A DNA stretch of 64,000 nucleotides, from the NCBI GenBank assembly GCA_010909165.1, contig VJWM01000202.1:292271-356270 (forward strand), given 5' to 3'. The translations under genes were made by a program, and so were the position numbers. Positions 1 to 13,000 of the stretch are shown in pieces (position 1 is the stretch's first letter; each line of letters starts with the position of its first letter). The notes below the pieces were generated by a model. That model saw only the letters and a list, made by a program, of their open reading frames with translations, was not told the origin of the DNA and did no database searches. The DNA is from Anthoceros angustus (taxonomy: Eukaryota > Plantae > Anthocerotophyta).

Positions 1-619
1 GAACACGTAATTGAAGATTGACATCGCCGCGAGATGAGATGATGAACCAATTGAATTTCAAAGTGTCGTTTGAGTGCATCCTTGGCCCCAGAGCGCCAAG
101 AATCGCCTTTGAAGCTTCCGCAGAAAGTTGAAACGCGAAGGAGAATCGAACGCTGCTTATTGCCAACAAAGGTGTGAAGGATTTCGCCGCCACTCCAAGG
201 CACCGCCTCGACTCTTCAAGCCTTCCGCCTCTACACCGTGTGCCTTGCCACATGAGAAGGACACACCGCGATTAGGGAACAAGATTCTACGTTTGGTTTT
301 CACTAGTTAGGGTTTCTAACCCCATTTCGCATTGGCTTCTACTTTTCGTTGATTAACCCTTGCAGATGCCGGAGGCGAGACGAGGGCGGAGCAGCCCACA
401 TGATCATGTTCTGACCCAAACCAAGACCGCCGCGCCTCCCTCGCATCGCCTAGGTTAGTAACGAGTAAGGCCCCACAAATTCTCTGCCTGCATAAGAGTT
501 TGAAGGCCATCAACTAACTCTGATCATAATCACGAGTGTGTGTTAGCCTGTCTCACTCTTATCAGTAGCTCTAGTCTCTAGAAAGAAAGCATCCTTCCCA
601 GCTTTACCTTGCACTTGGG

Positions 620-2279
620 ATGGGTACTCGGGCACCGAATCCCACATATACCTCAGAATTAAAGGAGAAGGATCGGTTTAATGGGACCAAGTTTCCTGTC
701 TGGAAGGTCCGCATGAAAACCACCTTGATTGGCAGAGGGGTATGGGAAGTGGTAGATGGGACATATGCAAAACCTGATCCCAATGCCACCCCGCCTCGCA
801 ATATAGAAAAATGGAATCGGTTAAATTCCATAGCGCAAGATTAGTCCATGGTCTAGATGAAGTCCTCGACGATGTGGAGTACCACACCGGGAAGGAATTT
901 GGGATCAACTCGTAGCCACATATGATGTCCAAAACATGCATGCTTACAACATGCGATGGAATTCTACTCACTTCGCTTATGCGTGAAGGTGAGAGGTTGT
1001 TCCTCATGTCACAAAATTTAGGCAGCGAGCCCAAATGAAGGCTTTTGGATCCACCATCGAAGTTGAGGTAGCGACCGCTTGTTAACCTCCCCGCCACCCT
1101 CATATCAAACCTTTATCAAGAGCTTCAATGCCCCTATCCGGACTCGTAGTGTGCTCCTCCCTCCATCACGAGAGGAGATCATCGGTGCCTGCTTCGTGAA
1201 GAACAGTATTAACTCGCAGAGGACATAAAACCAAAGGTGACAAAGTCCTTGTCAGAAATTTCGGACCAGCACTGGAAGGCAAGTGGAGGTCGAGCAGATT
1301 CATCTTCCGTTCGCCTCCCCGCTGCTTAACCGGGAATTGCAATCGGTGGTGTGGCTATATTGGGCTCGTGAGTGCTGGAAGAAGGCCGGCGACCCACGTA
1401 AAGTCTCAAAGCCGACACGCTGCGCCAAGGAAAAGGGAGAAAGCCCCAAAGGCAGAAAGATTCTTACCGCTTGCCTCGCAAGCTCTTTGCATGATGTCGG
1501 ATGTTGGTACTGACTCGGTGCTACCACACACATCCGCAATGACAAGCACCTTTTTCAACTTTAACATTATGTAACATGAAAGACAAGGTGTTGCTTGGGG
1601 ATGAGCGGAGTGATACTAACTGCGAGTTGAGGGTCATGGCACTGCATTTCCTCCTTGATGATGGTTCGACCCTCGCACCCATGGTGTACTTTTGTCCCGA
1701 GATATGGCCAAGAACCTGTTGTCGTTGAGCAAACTCATGCAGCCCTGCCTATATGAGATGCGGGTTGATAGTGAGGGCTGCTTCTACAAGGTGGGCCATC
1801 CAACAATCAGGTCTTCAAGGGAGTACCGGAGCATGATCTGTACAGGCTTGCTGTATAGTGTGTTCGGCCCCTGCCTATTCTACAGAGCAGCTCTTTTGAA
1901 TTCCCGGTGGCATCTTTGTGGCATGCGCTTTAGGGCATGCTAATCGGCACAAGCTCATAGACATGTCCAAGCTTTCCGCCACCGAAACCCTTGCCATCCT
2001 TTAAGGATCTTCCGTTATGCAGTCTTGTATTCTCAAGCTGGAGCTCCTGCTCAAGAATGCACATAGAGCAACAGTCTGTGGAGTTAGTCCATGCAGATAT
2101 CTCTGGAAAAATTCACCAGCCCTCACTGGGTGGTGCCCTCTATTATCTAACAATTACAGATGACTTCAGCAGATATTCGTGGACTTATCTTATGCATCTT
2201 AAGAGTGACACTCTAGGCTATTTCCGGGAATGGTTACCTGTGGTGCAAAGGCAGTCCGGCTGTCCCTCTCAAGGTACTT
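620..2279 (+). pseudogene. copia gag-protease-integrase, 5' part (frameshifted)
   Basis: Copia gag N-terminus and integrase core motifs in broken frames; truncated at LKVL by the insertion. Confidence 0.9.
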
Positions 2280-2325
2280 CATCACAAAACTGGATAACCA
2301 TGTTTTTCATGTGGAAATCATATGG
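2280..2325 (+). repeat. Left terminal inverted repeat (~46 bp, imperfect)
   Basis: First 10 bp are identical to the right TIR; shared blocks GTTTTTCAT and CATATGG at matching offsets. Confidence 0.9.
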
Positions 2326-3121
2326 CGCCACGGCCCATGCAGTCGGCCATGGAAAAAACCATATGAAAATAATATCCTCAATGGGTAAGTATTTTTATTT
2401 TTATTTCCTACTTGTTCTATATTATTTATGTTTGAGTCCTACAAAGAGCTCATATATTACTCATGAAAGGACAATATACTCATGATATAAATTTCATTCA
2501 GTGTCTATGTAGTTTAATTATCTCAATATATAGGTGCACTTATATGAAATCTCTTATGGATCTATGAAAAATAAAATAAAAAATATTTACGTCATTAAAT
2601 TTTATGTCCTTCATACCAATCTTATATGGATATTTATGAACTAAATTTATTTTTTTAAATGATTACATATTTTTATTATATGAAAATATCTAATAATATA
2701 AAAATATGATAAGTACATCCAATAAAATTCATATGTATTTTAATACCATGTATCATGTGTAAAATAATATAAAGAACATGTAGGTAGGGTTCATGCAGTC
2801 GGCCATGAAAAAAGGGCATGAAAATCATATCCCTATCAGTTTTTGATTTATGTCATTCCTTGTAAAGTCTTTGTACCCATTTGGTTTTGAGTCCTACAAA
2901 AGAACTTGTAAAATACTCATGAAGGTGCAAGTGTCCTTCTATTTTGTGTGTCATGCTAAATGTATATACTTTCTTTATCTCAATATATATGTACATTTAT
3001 ATGGAAATCTGTATGGATTTATGTGAAAATTGATATAAGCATCATACACGAATTGATATGATTTATATATGCCTTTCACAATTCCTTTATGAATATCTAG
3101 TACCTGAGTTTTAAATTTCTT

Positions 3122-3180
3122 GTATATATACATATATGCATATATATATATATACATATATATATATCGTATATATACAT
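3122..3180. repeat. Imperfect (TA)n microsatellite
   Basis: tatatatacatatatgcatatatatatatatacatatatatatat... Confidence 0.85.
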
Positions 3181-6100
3181 AATAATTAATCTTTAGTACA
3201 AATATTATGATTAAAAATACACTATATTTATAACTTTAAAATAATTATAATCATTCAACAATTACAACATCTAGCTTTTAAGCGAATCCAAGCTAGGGCT
3301 TCTTGTGCACGATTCTCCGGCTCGGGACGAGCTATCGGGACCATGATCCCTCCCCATCAATACGAACTCACAGGTCAAATTTTTCTTGCAGGTGCGCCTA
3401 ACATATACATTCAACCCATACACTACAAAGTTGAAGAGCCCCTGCAATCAGAGATGTAAGAGGCTATCATACGGGACCGGAGACTGAAAATCACACCAAG
3501 GCAGGGTGCTCTTACCATGAGACCTGCTGTGCCAATGTGAAGGCAATACAGCCAGAACAGCCGTTGATGTGGTTTCACAGAATCATGAATTCGGTTGATA
3601 GTTCCATTGAACAGTATAGCTCCCCATAGAGGTACACAGAATGTGATAGACCGTAGCACCTGGTACCAGAGTTTTGATAGTTGGCATCCATGGTTGCACA
3701 GTGGTCCTCCCACACTGCAATTGAAGAAAACCACAAAGTTTCCGTGACATTTCCTGTAGTTGTCTCTGTCCTGACCCAACACCAAGCACCAGCCGGTCCA
3801 TACCCATTTGAGCTGCAAATGCTAATAAATTGACCACTGCACTAGGAAAGATATGAAGATCACCACTAGCCTGTCCAAACTTGAAATTGCAGTCCTTCTT
3901 GGATCACCAATGCATTAGGCCACTCCCAAATGCATCTTCCAGTGCCTGAACGGCACACAAGAGAACCTTTAGATGGTCCAGAAAACTATACAGTATGGCA
4001 GATTGTCGCAGTAACATATGTCAGTCAGTGCAGGGATGACTACACCTAGCTGACATGCCGAGAATGAACAGGAGCGTACCAACTGAAGTTCAAACCGTGG
4101 GTTTCAGGACTTCCATGTCAGCTAGATTGTCTGCAAGGTAACGCCATTCTCCATTCACAAGATGGGCAATTAATGCAAACATGGCAGCCTGATGCTTCTT
4201 CTCCATGCGACAAAGCAGGCTAAAGTCCAAGTACCTGTACCAGCTAGCTAACAGTCGATGAAAATCCAGTGTGACAAGATTCAGCACGCCTCATTTTGCC
4301 ACCTACCATCGGCACGAGATGTCGCTTTGCTTCATTCTGATCCTCAACACTAGCCTGCTGACCACTCGACGATGCCCTCTGCAATTAGTTGCATGTCCCC
4401 AGGTCGTATATATACATAATAATTAATCTTTAGTACAAATATGATTAAAAATACACTATATTTATAACTTTAAAATAATTATAATCATTCAACAATTACA
4501 ACATCTAGCTTTTAAGCGAATCAAGCTAGGGCTTCTTGTGCACGATTCTCCTGGCTCGGGACGAGCTACTCGGGACCATGATCCCTCCCCATCAATACGA
4601 ACTCACAGGTCAAATTTTTCTTGCAGGGTGCGCCTAACATATACATTCAACCCATACACTACAAAGTTGAAGAGCCCCTGCAATCAGACGGATGTAAGAG
4701 GCTATCATACGGGACCGGAGACTGAAAATCACACCAAGGCAGGGTGCTCTTACCATGAGACCACAGCTGTGCCAATGTGAAGGCAATACAGCCAGAACAG
4801 CCGTTGATGTGGTTTCACAGAATCATGAATTCGGTTGATAGTTCCATTGAACAGTATAGCTCCCCATAGAGAGGTACACAGAATGTGATAGACCGTAGCA
4901 CCTGGTACCAGAGTTTTGATAGTTGGCATCCATGGTTGCACAGTGGTCCTCCCACACTGCAATTGAAGAAAACCACAAAGTTTCCATACTTCCTGTAGTT
5001 GTCTCTGTCCTGACCCAACACCAAGCACCAGCCGGTCCATACCCATTTGAGCTGCAAATGCTAATAAATTGACCACTGCACTGGAAAGATATGAAGATCA
5101 CCACTAGCCTGTCCAAACTTGAAATTCGGCAGTCCTTCTTGGATCACCAATGCATTAGGGCCACTCCAAATGCATCTTCCAGTGCCTGAACGTGCACAAG
5201 AGAACCTTTAGATGGTCCAGAAAACTATACAGTATGGCAGATTGTCGCAGTAACATATGTCAGTCAGTGCAGGGATGACTACACCTAGCTGACATGCCGA
5301 GAATGAACAGGAGCGTACCAACTGAAGTTCAAACCGGTGGGTTTCAGGACTTCCATGTCAGCTAGATTGTCTGCAAGGTAACGCCATTCTCCATTCACAA
5401 GATGGGCAATTAATGCAAACATGGCAGCCTGATGCTTCTTCCCGTGACAAAGCAGGCTAAAGTCCAAGTACCTGTACCAGCTAGCTAACAGTCGATGAAA
5501 TCCAGTCGATGACAAGATTCAGCACGCTCTCACTTTGCCACCTACCATCGGCACGAGATGTCGCTTTGCTTCATTCTGATCCTCAACACTAGCCTGCTGA
5601 CCACTCGACGAATGCCCCTCTGCAATTAGTTGCATGTCCCCAGGTCGTATATATACATAATAATTAATCTTTAGTACAAATATTATGATTAAAAATACAC
5701 TATATTTATAACTTTAAAATAATTATAATCATTCAACAATTACAACATCTAGCTTTTAAGCGAATCCAAGCTAAGGGCTTCTTGTGCACGATTCTCCCGG
5801 CTCGGGACGAGCTACTCAGGACCATGATCCCTCCCCATCAATACGAACTCACAGGTCAAATTTTTCTTGCAGGGTGCGCCTAACATATACATTCAACCCA
5901 TACACTACAAAGTTGAAGGCCCCTGCAATCAGACGGATGTAAGAGGCTATCATACGGGACCGGAGACTGAAAATCACACCAAGGCAGGGTGCTCTTACCA
6001 TGAGACCTGCTGTGCCAATGTGAAGGCAATACAGCCAGAACAGCCGTTGATGTGGTTTCACAGAATCATGAATTCGGTTGATAGTTCCATTGAACAGTAT

Positions 6101-6894
6101 AGCTCCCCATAGAGAGGTACACAGAATGTGATAGACCGTAGCACCTGGTACCAGAGTTTTGATAGTTGGCATCCATGGTTGCACAGTGGTCCTCCCACAC
6201 TGCAATTGAAGAAAACCACAAAGTTTCCACATTTCCTGTAGTTGTCTCTGTCCTGACCCAACACCAAGCACCAGCCGGTCCATACCCATTTGAGCTGCAA
6301 ATGCTAATAAATTGACCACTGCACTGGGAAAGATATGAAGATCACCACTAGCCTGTCCAAACTTGAAATTCAGCAGTCCTTCTTGGATCACCATGCATTA
6401 GGCCACTCCCAAATGCATCTTCCAGTGCCTGAACGTGCACACAAAAGAACCTTTAGATGGTCCAGAAAACTATACAGTATGGCAGATTGTCGCAGTAACA
6501 TATGTCAGTCAGTGCAGGGATGACTACACCTAGCTGACATGCCGAGAATGAACAGGAGCGTACCAACTGAAGTTCAAACCGGTGGGTTTCAGGACTTCCA
6601 TGTCAGCTAGATTGTCTGCAAGGTAACGCCATTCTCCACTCACAAGATGGGCAATTAATGCAAACATGGCAGCCTGATGCTTTCTCCATGTGACAAAGCA
6701 GGCTGAAAGTCCAAGTACCTGTACCAGCTAGCTAACAGTCGATGAAATCCAGTGTATTATAAGATTCAGCACGCTCTCATTTTGCCACCTACCATCGGCA
6801 CGAGATGTCGCTTTGCTTCATTCTGATCCTCAACACTAGCCTGCTGACCACTCGACGAATGCCCCTCTGCAATTAGTTGCATGTCCCCAGGTCG
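3170..6894. repeat. Tandem triplication of a ~1.24-kb unit (3170-4406, 4407-5647, 5648-6894)
   Basis: Near-identical units; junction aggtcg|tatatatacataataatt repeated; copies differ mostly by 1-2 bp indels. Confidence 0.95.
5852..6294 (-). pseudogene. GCR1: Captured fragment of a GCR1-like G-protein-coupled receptor (also in the other two tandem units)
   Basis: Spliced pieces SNGYGPAGAWCWVRTETTTG | VLRSITFCVPLWGAILFNG-TINRIHDSVKPHQRLFWLYCLHIGTAGLM | GAFNFVVYGLNVYVRRTLQEKFDL resemble plant GCR1 (WCW...TFYAPLWGAILYNG...INRIHDF...FWL...GTAALMGLFNSIAYG, recalled from memory). Confidence 0.85.
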
Positions 6895-7215
6895 ATGACC
6901 TTGCACCCATTCCATAGTCAGGACCCTCTTGGTAGTCGTAGGAGGCAGGGTACGAGGAACCACGATGTACTTCAAGTGAGCACGTGCTTCCTACAAGGAA
7001 AAACCACCAATTGTGATCCAATCAACCAGAGACCAAGCAATAAAGCTGCCAGAAGGACGGCTACATGTAGCTCTGGAGCAACTGCTGCTTGGACAATCCA
7101 AAAACTTCACGAGAAAACAGTTCGATCCATACTCAAAATTCTTCCACATTTGTGGCCTCGACGTTGTAGTCAAGCTCCCATGCAGACCCCGTCCAAGCTC
7201 ATCAGCCAAACCTAA
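6345..7215 (-). pseudogene. Captured fragment of an ABC1/UbiB atypical kinase (3' part also in the other two tandem units)
   Basis: ADELGRGL-GELDYNVEATN | YIVVPRTLPPTTTKRVLTMEWVQG | YLDFSLLCRMEKKHQAAMFALIAHLVNGEW | ALEDAFG...FKFGQ with introns. The exon expected to carry HADPHPGN is absent, and DFG is DFS. Confidence 0.85.
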
Positions 7216-7331
7216 CCCTGCCGCAACAAAACCACCGCCAATTCAACAAACAGGACGAACACCAAAATGATCTTACAAAACAGAACAACAAAGCCGCACG
7301 CATCATCCTTTCAGAATGAAGCCAGTCTCGG

Positions 7332-7412
7332 CAAGTAAACTCCGTCGGACAGCACCAGCCGAAAGCGCTCCTGCGAGGTGGAATTGCTCCCGATCGCCTT
7401 GATGTCAATCAC
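7332..7412 (-). pseudogene. Captured micro-fragment of the RPA70/RPA1 N-terminal OB domain
   Basis: VIDIKAIGSNSTSQERFRLVLSDGVYL matches the RPA1 N-terminal ER(F/Y)RL(V/L)LSDG motif. Confidence 0.72.
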
Positions 7413-7849
7413 CGGTGCCGCCATCGCCGATCTTGCCGCACCTGGCCGAGATTTCTCCCTATGCTGCTACCCTTGCTGGAGTCCGACCCGGCGGCGCTCA
7501 CCGCAGCCGAGCAATATGTGTTCATACACTGAAATCTGCAATCATACAGTGTACATGGCAACGCAGCCAGCATGCCCCCCCTTCCCTCCCGCAATTCCCA
7601 AACCCCATCCCAAAGCCTACCCGGGAATCCAAATCCGTAGCAGTGAAACATCTATCACAGGCAAGTACCTTGTGATTACATTTGAAACGACCACACAACA
7701 ACCAGCATGGCACCTAGTGCCAGCAGTGGACTTGCCATCTAAACCTCCAAAAGAACATTTAGGAAGCCTTCCAGGACTGTAAAAGAACATTTAGGAAGCC
7801 TTCCAGGACTGTAAAAGAATACACGTTCAATCTGGCAGTTTATCATGTT

Positions 7850-9195
7850 TTACGATTCTACACGAATAGTGATCTTCGTTAGACTCGGCATCCAAGCGAT
7901 GATCTTTTCTTCCAGGGCATCCATATCCTCACGATGTTCTTCCATTTGTGTTGGTATGAGAGTCTTCCCCTCCATCGCCAGGTCCAACTACAAGGAAACA
8001 ACAATAACATCAGCTACTACCAGTTATCATTTAAAACAACAGGGAGGAAAGTTATCGCATAGAACTGAACAACATGGAGGCACCTTACCACATAAAACAG
8101 AAACTTTGCTTGATCCATGTTCATTTCTATGACATCGTCGGCGGAGAAGTGCATGGCTGCTCTTAAGGCAGCAATAACTGCATCTGAGCCCCAGGGGTCC
8201 AACACACCTGTATCAGCATCCAAAACTTCCCTCCAACTATCATCTGCTCTAAGATCAGCCAGTTTTTCTCTCCAATACTGCAAATTTTCGTCCTTAGCAG
8301 GTTTCGGACATTCCAGCTGCTGATAGAAGGTGGTCCTCAAAAGCTTTGTGAAAAAAGACCGCTTGCTCCTAGTGGCGTCAAGGACTTTCCTCCTTAACGC
8401 TCCTCTCCAGTTCTTATCAAACTCTGATTGGTCGCTCTCGGTTACTCCAAACGCAAGAATTAATGCTTGCTTGAGGCAAGCCTCACTTGGATAAAAAGTC
8501 TTCTCCAACATGATGTCAGTCAGAATGTTGGAAAGTACCTCAGCAAAAACCTTGTTAGTCATATACTCCGGCTTCGCTAGAGGGGAAGCCTTTAATGCTA
8601 ATTCAGCAGTTCGTTGTAAAGCTTGCATCATCGAATTCTGCTTCTTCAGCTCATCCCGCAACATTGCAATTTCAATTCGGTCAACATTTGTGGTAATTAC
8701 CTCCTTCTCCTTTGCCTTGTGATGCTTCCGACTCTCAGATCTATAACTACCATTCTCCAACGTCTCCGCATCCTTTCCGTATCTCCGAGAGAAGGAAGTT
8801 GGCCGATATGCCACCTGCTGCTTCCTTCCTCCATAAAAGACTTCTCCAGTGAAATCGTTCACTATTCTATTCGACTCTTTCAAAGGAAAGAGATCTTGCA
8901 CATGCTTTGTTTGTGAAGGAGGACTCGGATCCTTCCGAGAAGATCCAATCGGCTGAGTAAGGGGATCAGGCCGATCTTCGGCTTGCTGCTTCCTTCCTAC
9001 AGGACCGGCTTCTTTTGCAGAATTCGATGACCGTCCAACTTGTTGTTCCCTTGTTCGATTCGCATCTTTCGAGGGAGAGAGATGAACGGTCTCCGAAGCT
9101 TGCTCCTCTCCCCTGCTCGAGTCCTTCATTTTCTTGCTTGGTGGACCAGACGCAACAGGTGGCAATCCAGGCTTCCTTCGACTTCCTCTCTGCAT
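7850..9195 (-). CDS. Transposon companion gene of unknown function, 2 exons (9195-8089, 7987-7850), ~414 aa
   Basis: Long open frame; TG|GTAAGG donor and TTGTAG acceptor join in phase 0 and end at TAA. Disordered N-terminus, likely coiled coil (IEIAMLRDELKKQNSMMQALQRTAE), helical C-terminus. Confidence 0.75.
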
Positions 9196-9669
9196 ATCTG
9201 TGAAGGCGGAAAAGGACATAAGATCATTACAAGATGTAGCACGAGGACATTTACAGGAAATCAAATGTGAGACATACCGGAAAATTTATAACGCAACAAG
9301 GCGCAACACACCGGCGTCAGCTGGCGGATCAATTCGCACGAAATGATGTTCAGCCGGCTGCACGCCGCTGAACACCAACACGCTGTAGCAGATGTCCACA
9401 CGCCGTAGCAGACTGACTGCAGCTGTCCAGTCGATTGGTTAGAAACTGCGCTCAAACGCTAAGGCAGAATGGACAGGGAAACAGAAAATTGTCACGGGAA
9501 AACTTCATTAAGGTAGGGTAATGCAATTTCATGCACCCCTGCCCGAACTACCCCTGCCCCCGGCGTTGATCCTTAACAAAATAGATGTGCAAAACGAATC
9601 CACAAAGCACAAGAAAGCATACCCATGCTCCTTTTGAGAGATAACAACTTCCATTCACGAGAATGACTG

Positions 9670-9825
9670 AGAAGGTTTGCAAACCGACGCAGTCCCACAT
9701 GCCTGCCTGAGCATAAAAGGTTCCCATGAGCACAAAGGCGGAAGGGTGTTGTGGTTCCAGAGCCCTTGCGCAATTGAACATACACCTTCCCAGCTGCACA
9801 TTGTTATGTTTCCAGCAAGCATTGC
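9670..9825 (-). pseudogene. Captured PLS-PPR C-terminal E-motif fragment
   Basis: NACWKHNNVQLGRCMFNCARALEPQHPSAFVLMGTFYAQAGMWD resembles the PPR E domain (ACxxHGNVELG...YVLMSNIYAxAGxW). Confidence 0.8.
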
Positions 9826-10031
9826 TGGAAGCAGGTGCTTTTCTAAAGCAAGCAGGTGCTTTTCTAAAGCATTTCACCTTAACAATGACATCTCCGAATT
9901 GTTATACACAGCTGAGACACTTTCATGATGAATGCAAGTCAGGCCCACCAATTAACCATTGTCATGGGAACTTACAACAAACCAATCCCAATGCAGACCA
10001 AGGGTGGTAACCTAGATCAAACCTGTCCACA

Positions 10032-13000
10032 TCAAAATTTATACTTGTTTATGAACCACCTATTTCTAGCATTCCAATTTGGCACGAGGTGATGTGCCCT
10101 AAGAATGCTGGCTGTCTCCACTACTAAATATCCAGTGCATCCACGAGTAGCATCAGCCCATGCTAATTCCTTACACTTTGACAATCTACTTAATGATGAA
10201 GCTGGTAACTCCTTGTACAGTTTCACAAAAGCTAAATCAAGTTTAGAGGCTGATCTATCTTCATCTTCCACATCCAGTTGAAATAGTAGACGTAACTGCC
10301 CATACCAGGTTTGCTCTAGTTGAGCTTCTCCCTCCATTTGGATACTGACATCAGAATACCATGGCCTTCTATGGAAATTGTACGTTGCACGGAGGTACAT
10401 TGGCCAATCCCCTAATCTATCTCCAGGGCCAGCAGCAACAGCAAGAGCTCCCTTGGTCATCAACGCTCTCCCCTACAAGTACATGTTGTCACCAAAAGGA
10501 TCACTTATTATACCAGCTTGTCCTCGCAACAACAAAAATATTGCAAACTGCTGAATGTAGTAAACTATGAACAAACCTGTTGACGGGTTAAATGCCAGTC
10601 ATTGAGATAAATCTGAACTTGCGACACCAAATGTTGTTGAAGCTCAGGTTGGGCTTCAAATAAGCGGGCAACCTGCACAGGCAAGTTGACAGTTGTACTT
10701 GCTAATAGCCATTTCCATTTGATGCGTACACTATGCCCACAAAGCTTTCTTTTCCCCGTTCGCACTGCCTACAAACATTTAAACAAAAAAAGGTCAAAAC
10801 TTGGGGAAGAGTCTGCAATACGCATGTACAGAAAGCTAACTAACCGGAAGCTCAAAGCCATGCCAAGATGTTTCAGCCTCAACTTAAACTAGTACCTCAT
10901 CCAAAGGGGTGACCCTCTCAACTTTAGGCTCAAAGCCTTCCATGTTTTCTGCCTCGCTTCTTAATGCCTCCAACCGTTTATGATGTTGCACAATCTGATC
11001 AGTAAATCTTCGCCTATTGCTCGCGCGATATGGCATCTTCATGAGCATAATATGCATGTGTTCATACATATTTGCACTGTACTCCCATGGTAGCCCGGAG
11101 CGTCGAATGCAATCTGAAAAGTGTGTCATTGCATGCACTTTGACAGTATCAAAGTTTGATGCTTGAAAACCGCCCAAAATACTCTTCATGCTGGTGACAG
11201 CACTGTGACATTGACATGGCAACAGAACTATGTGATATACTCTAGGCTACCAAACTGTCATCAAAAGCCTACTAGGTAGCACAAAATTACTAATGTGATT
11301 TTGATTCAGACCTAAAAATGACATCATTGCAACACAATACAAATGCTGAACAAATATAAAGCTGCAAACTTGTACCTAGACATCTGATCCTCCATTTGTT
11401 GTAGCGTCTCTTCATTGTGCACTCCGCTTCGACAAGCTAGCTTGTACCAATCCAAAAATTTGACAATTACCTGGATAACACCAGGAGAAAAAACTCCAGG
11501 CATGCAAAGTACCAACACTTGCATGACTGCTCTGTGTTCGAAGGCAGCAAAATTTGCATTGGAGATGAAGTAACCATGGCTGTTGTTCCCTGGGATACGA
11601 AATGCTGAATATCGATGTTGAGTCTGAAGGACCCGCAATCGTTGATCCAGTACCTCAAGAGGCTTTTGCGTTAAGCACAAGCCTGCCGCAGCAACTCCTC
11701 GCAAAGCTGCAACCAGCATTTTAGCAAGTCCCAAGTCTGATTCATGGAGAATCTCAACTTGAATTGCTCGAAAGCAATTACCGAGCTCAGTGTCACCTCC
11801 ATTAAATCCTAGTAGGGCACACTGAAGGACAAGAAGTTCAGGAACCATCACAACTTGATGTAAGAAAAACACTAAACCTATCATTACTCCAGATTTGGTA
11901 CCTTAACAGGATGAACTGAAGATTCTGAGGAGAGTCGATTCGCAGCTGCTACCTGCCCAACATCAATCATCTCGGCAAGCTGATTCTGCAGAACTATCAT
12001 ACTTGCTTCGGTCCGCCATTCATGCTTCAAATCGACTCTACTCAAAAGATTTCGGGGACACAAACAAACGCTGCAAGGGAAAGCACATTTATTTGTGTCG
12101 AATGTGCAACTGACCTGCAAAAACATCACTCCTTCAATCATATATACAACATGAAAAAGAAAGTATTGCAGGCATGAAAACTGTGATCACATCAGTACTA
12201 GTAGCCAGTCTTGAGGATAATAGAATTTACTTTGCATCCTTCAGGATGATCTGCTATGTAAGAATAGAGCATAGGGAAAACCCACTGGTGACAACCAAAT
12301 GGATCCTTCAAGTGCAATCCTTTAAAACTCGCCTCCTTCAGTGGTTGCAGTATCAGCTCCAAACATTGCTGAAAAATCTCCAGTTTCTTCAATCTTGAAT
12401 TGGAAGCATGGAGAACCACAGGATCATTACTACCAATTGTTGGCAAAATCGCTAGAAGCGCATGTCCATGCTCCAAAGACCTCGTCGCACATGCAATATT
12501 GCCCAATGACATCACAAGCGGATATCCACTAGTTCTTTGATCATGTGAGAGGCTTGTAGCATCTGAGTACAAAATGATAGGTGCTATTACAGCCCCTTCA
12601 CAACCTACATGTTCCTGCACCCAGACGAAAATAAACGAATTTAATATGAGCATGCAGCATACTCATAGACTTCATAATGATCTCAAAGTACCTCCATTTT
12701 TCGCCACCACAAACCGGTTTGCGCAGTTGTGTACTCTTCAGTTCCGGAAACCTCTGGTTTCAACACAAATTCCCTCCTATTCTTTCGTGCCGAAAAGAGC
12801 TTTCCAAGAACACCAACTGGATCTCTGTACCTTAGTTTTAGGTCACTTTCTCCTGGACAAACTAGAACTTCCTTCCACTCGTATCCATCTTCTGTTTTAA
12901 CTTGGGATGTGCGGATCAACTCTTTCTCGTAAGCCTTAAACTCTTGAAAACTCCTATACCTCAATTCTTCCAATCTAAACGAAGGGTGAAATAGCATAGC

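Noticed and set aside
5849-6394. 181-aa ORF as a real gene
   Set aside because: It reads through introns and mixes frames of captured ABC1K and GCR1 fragments.
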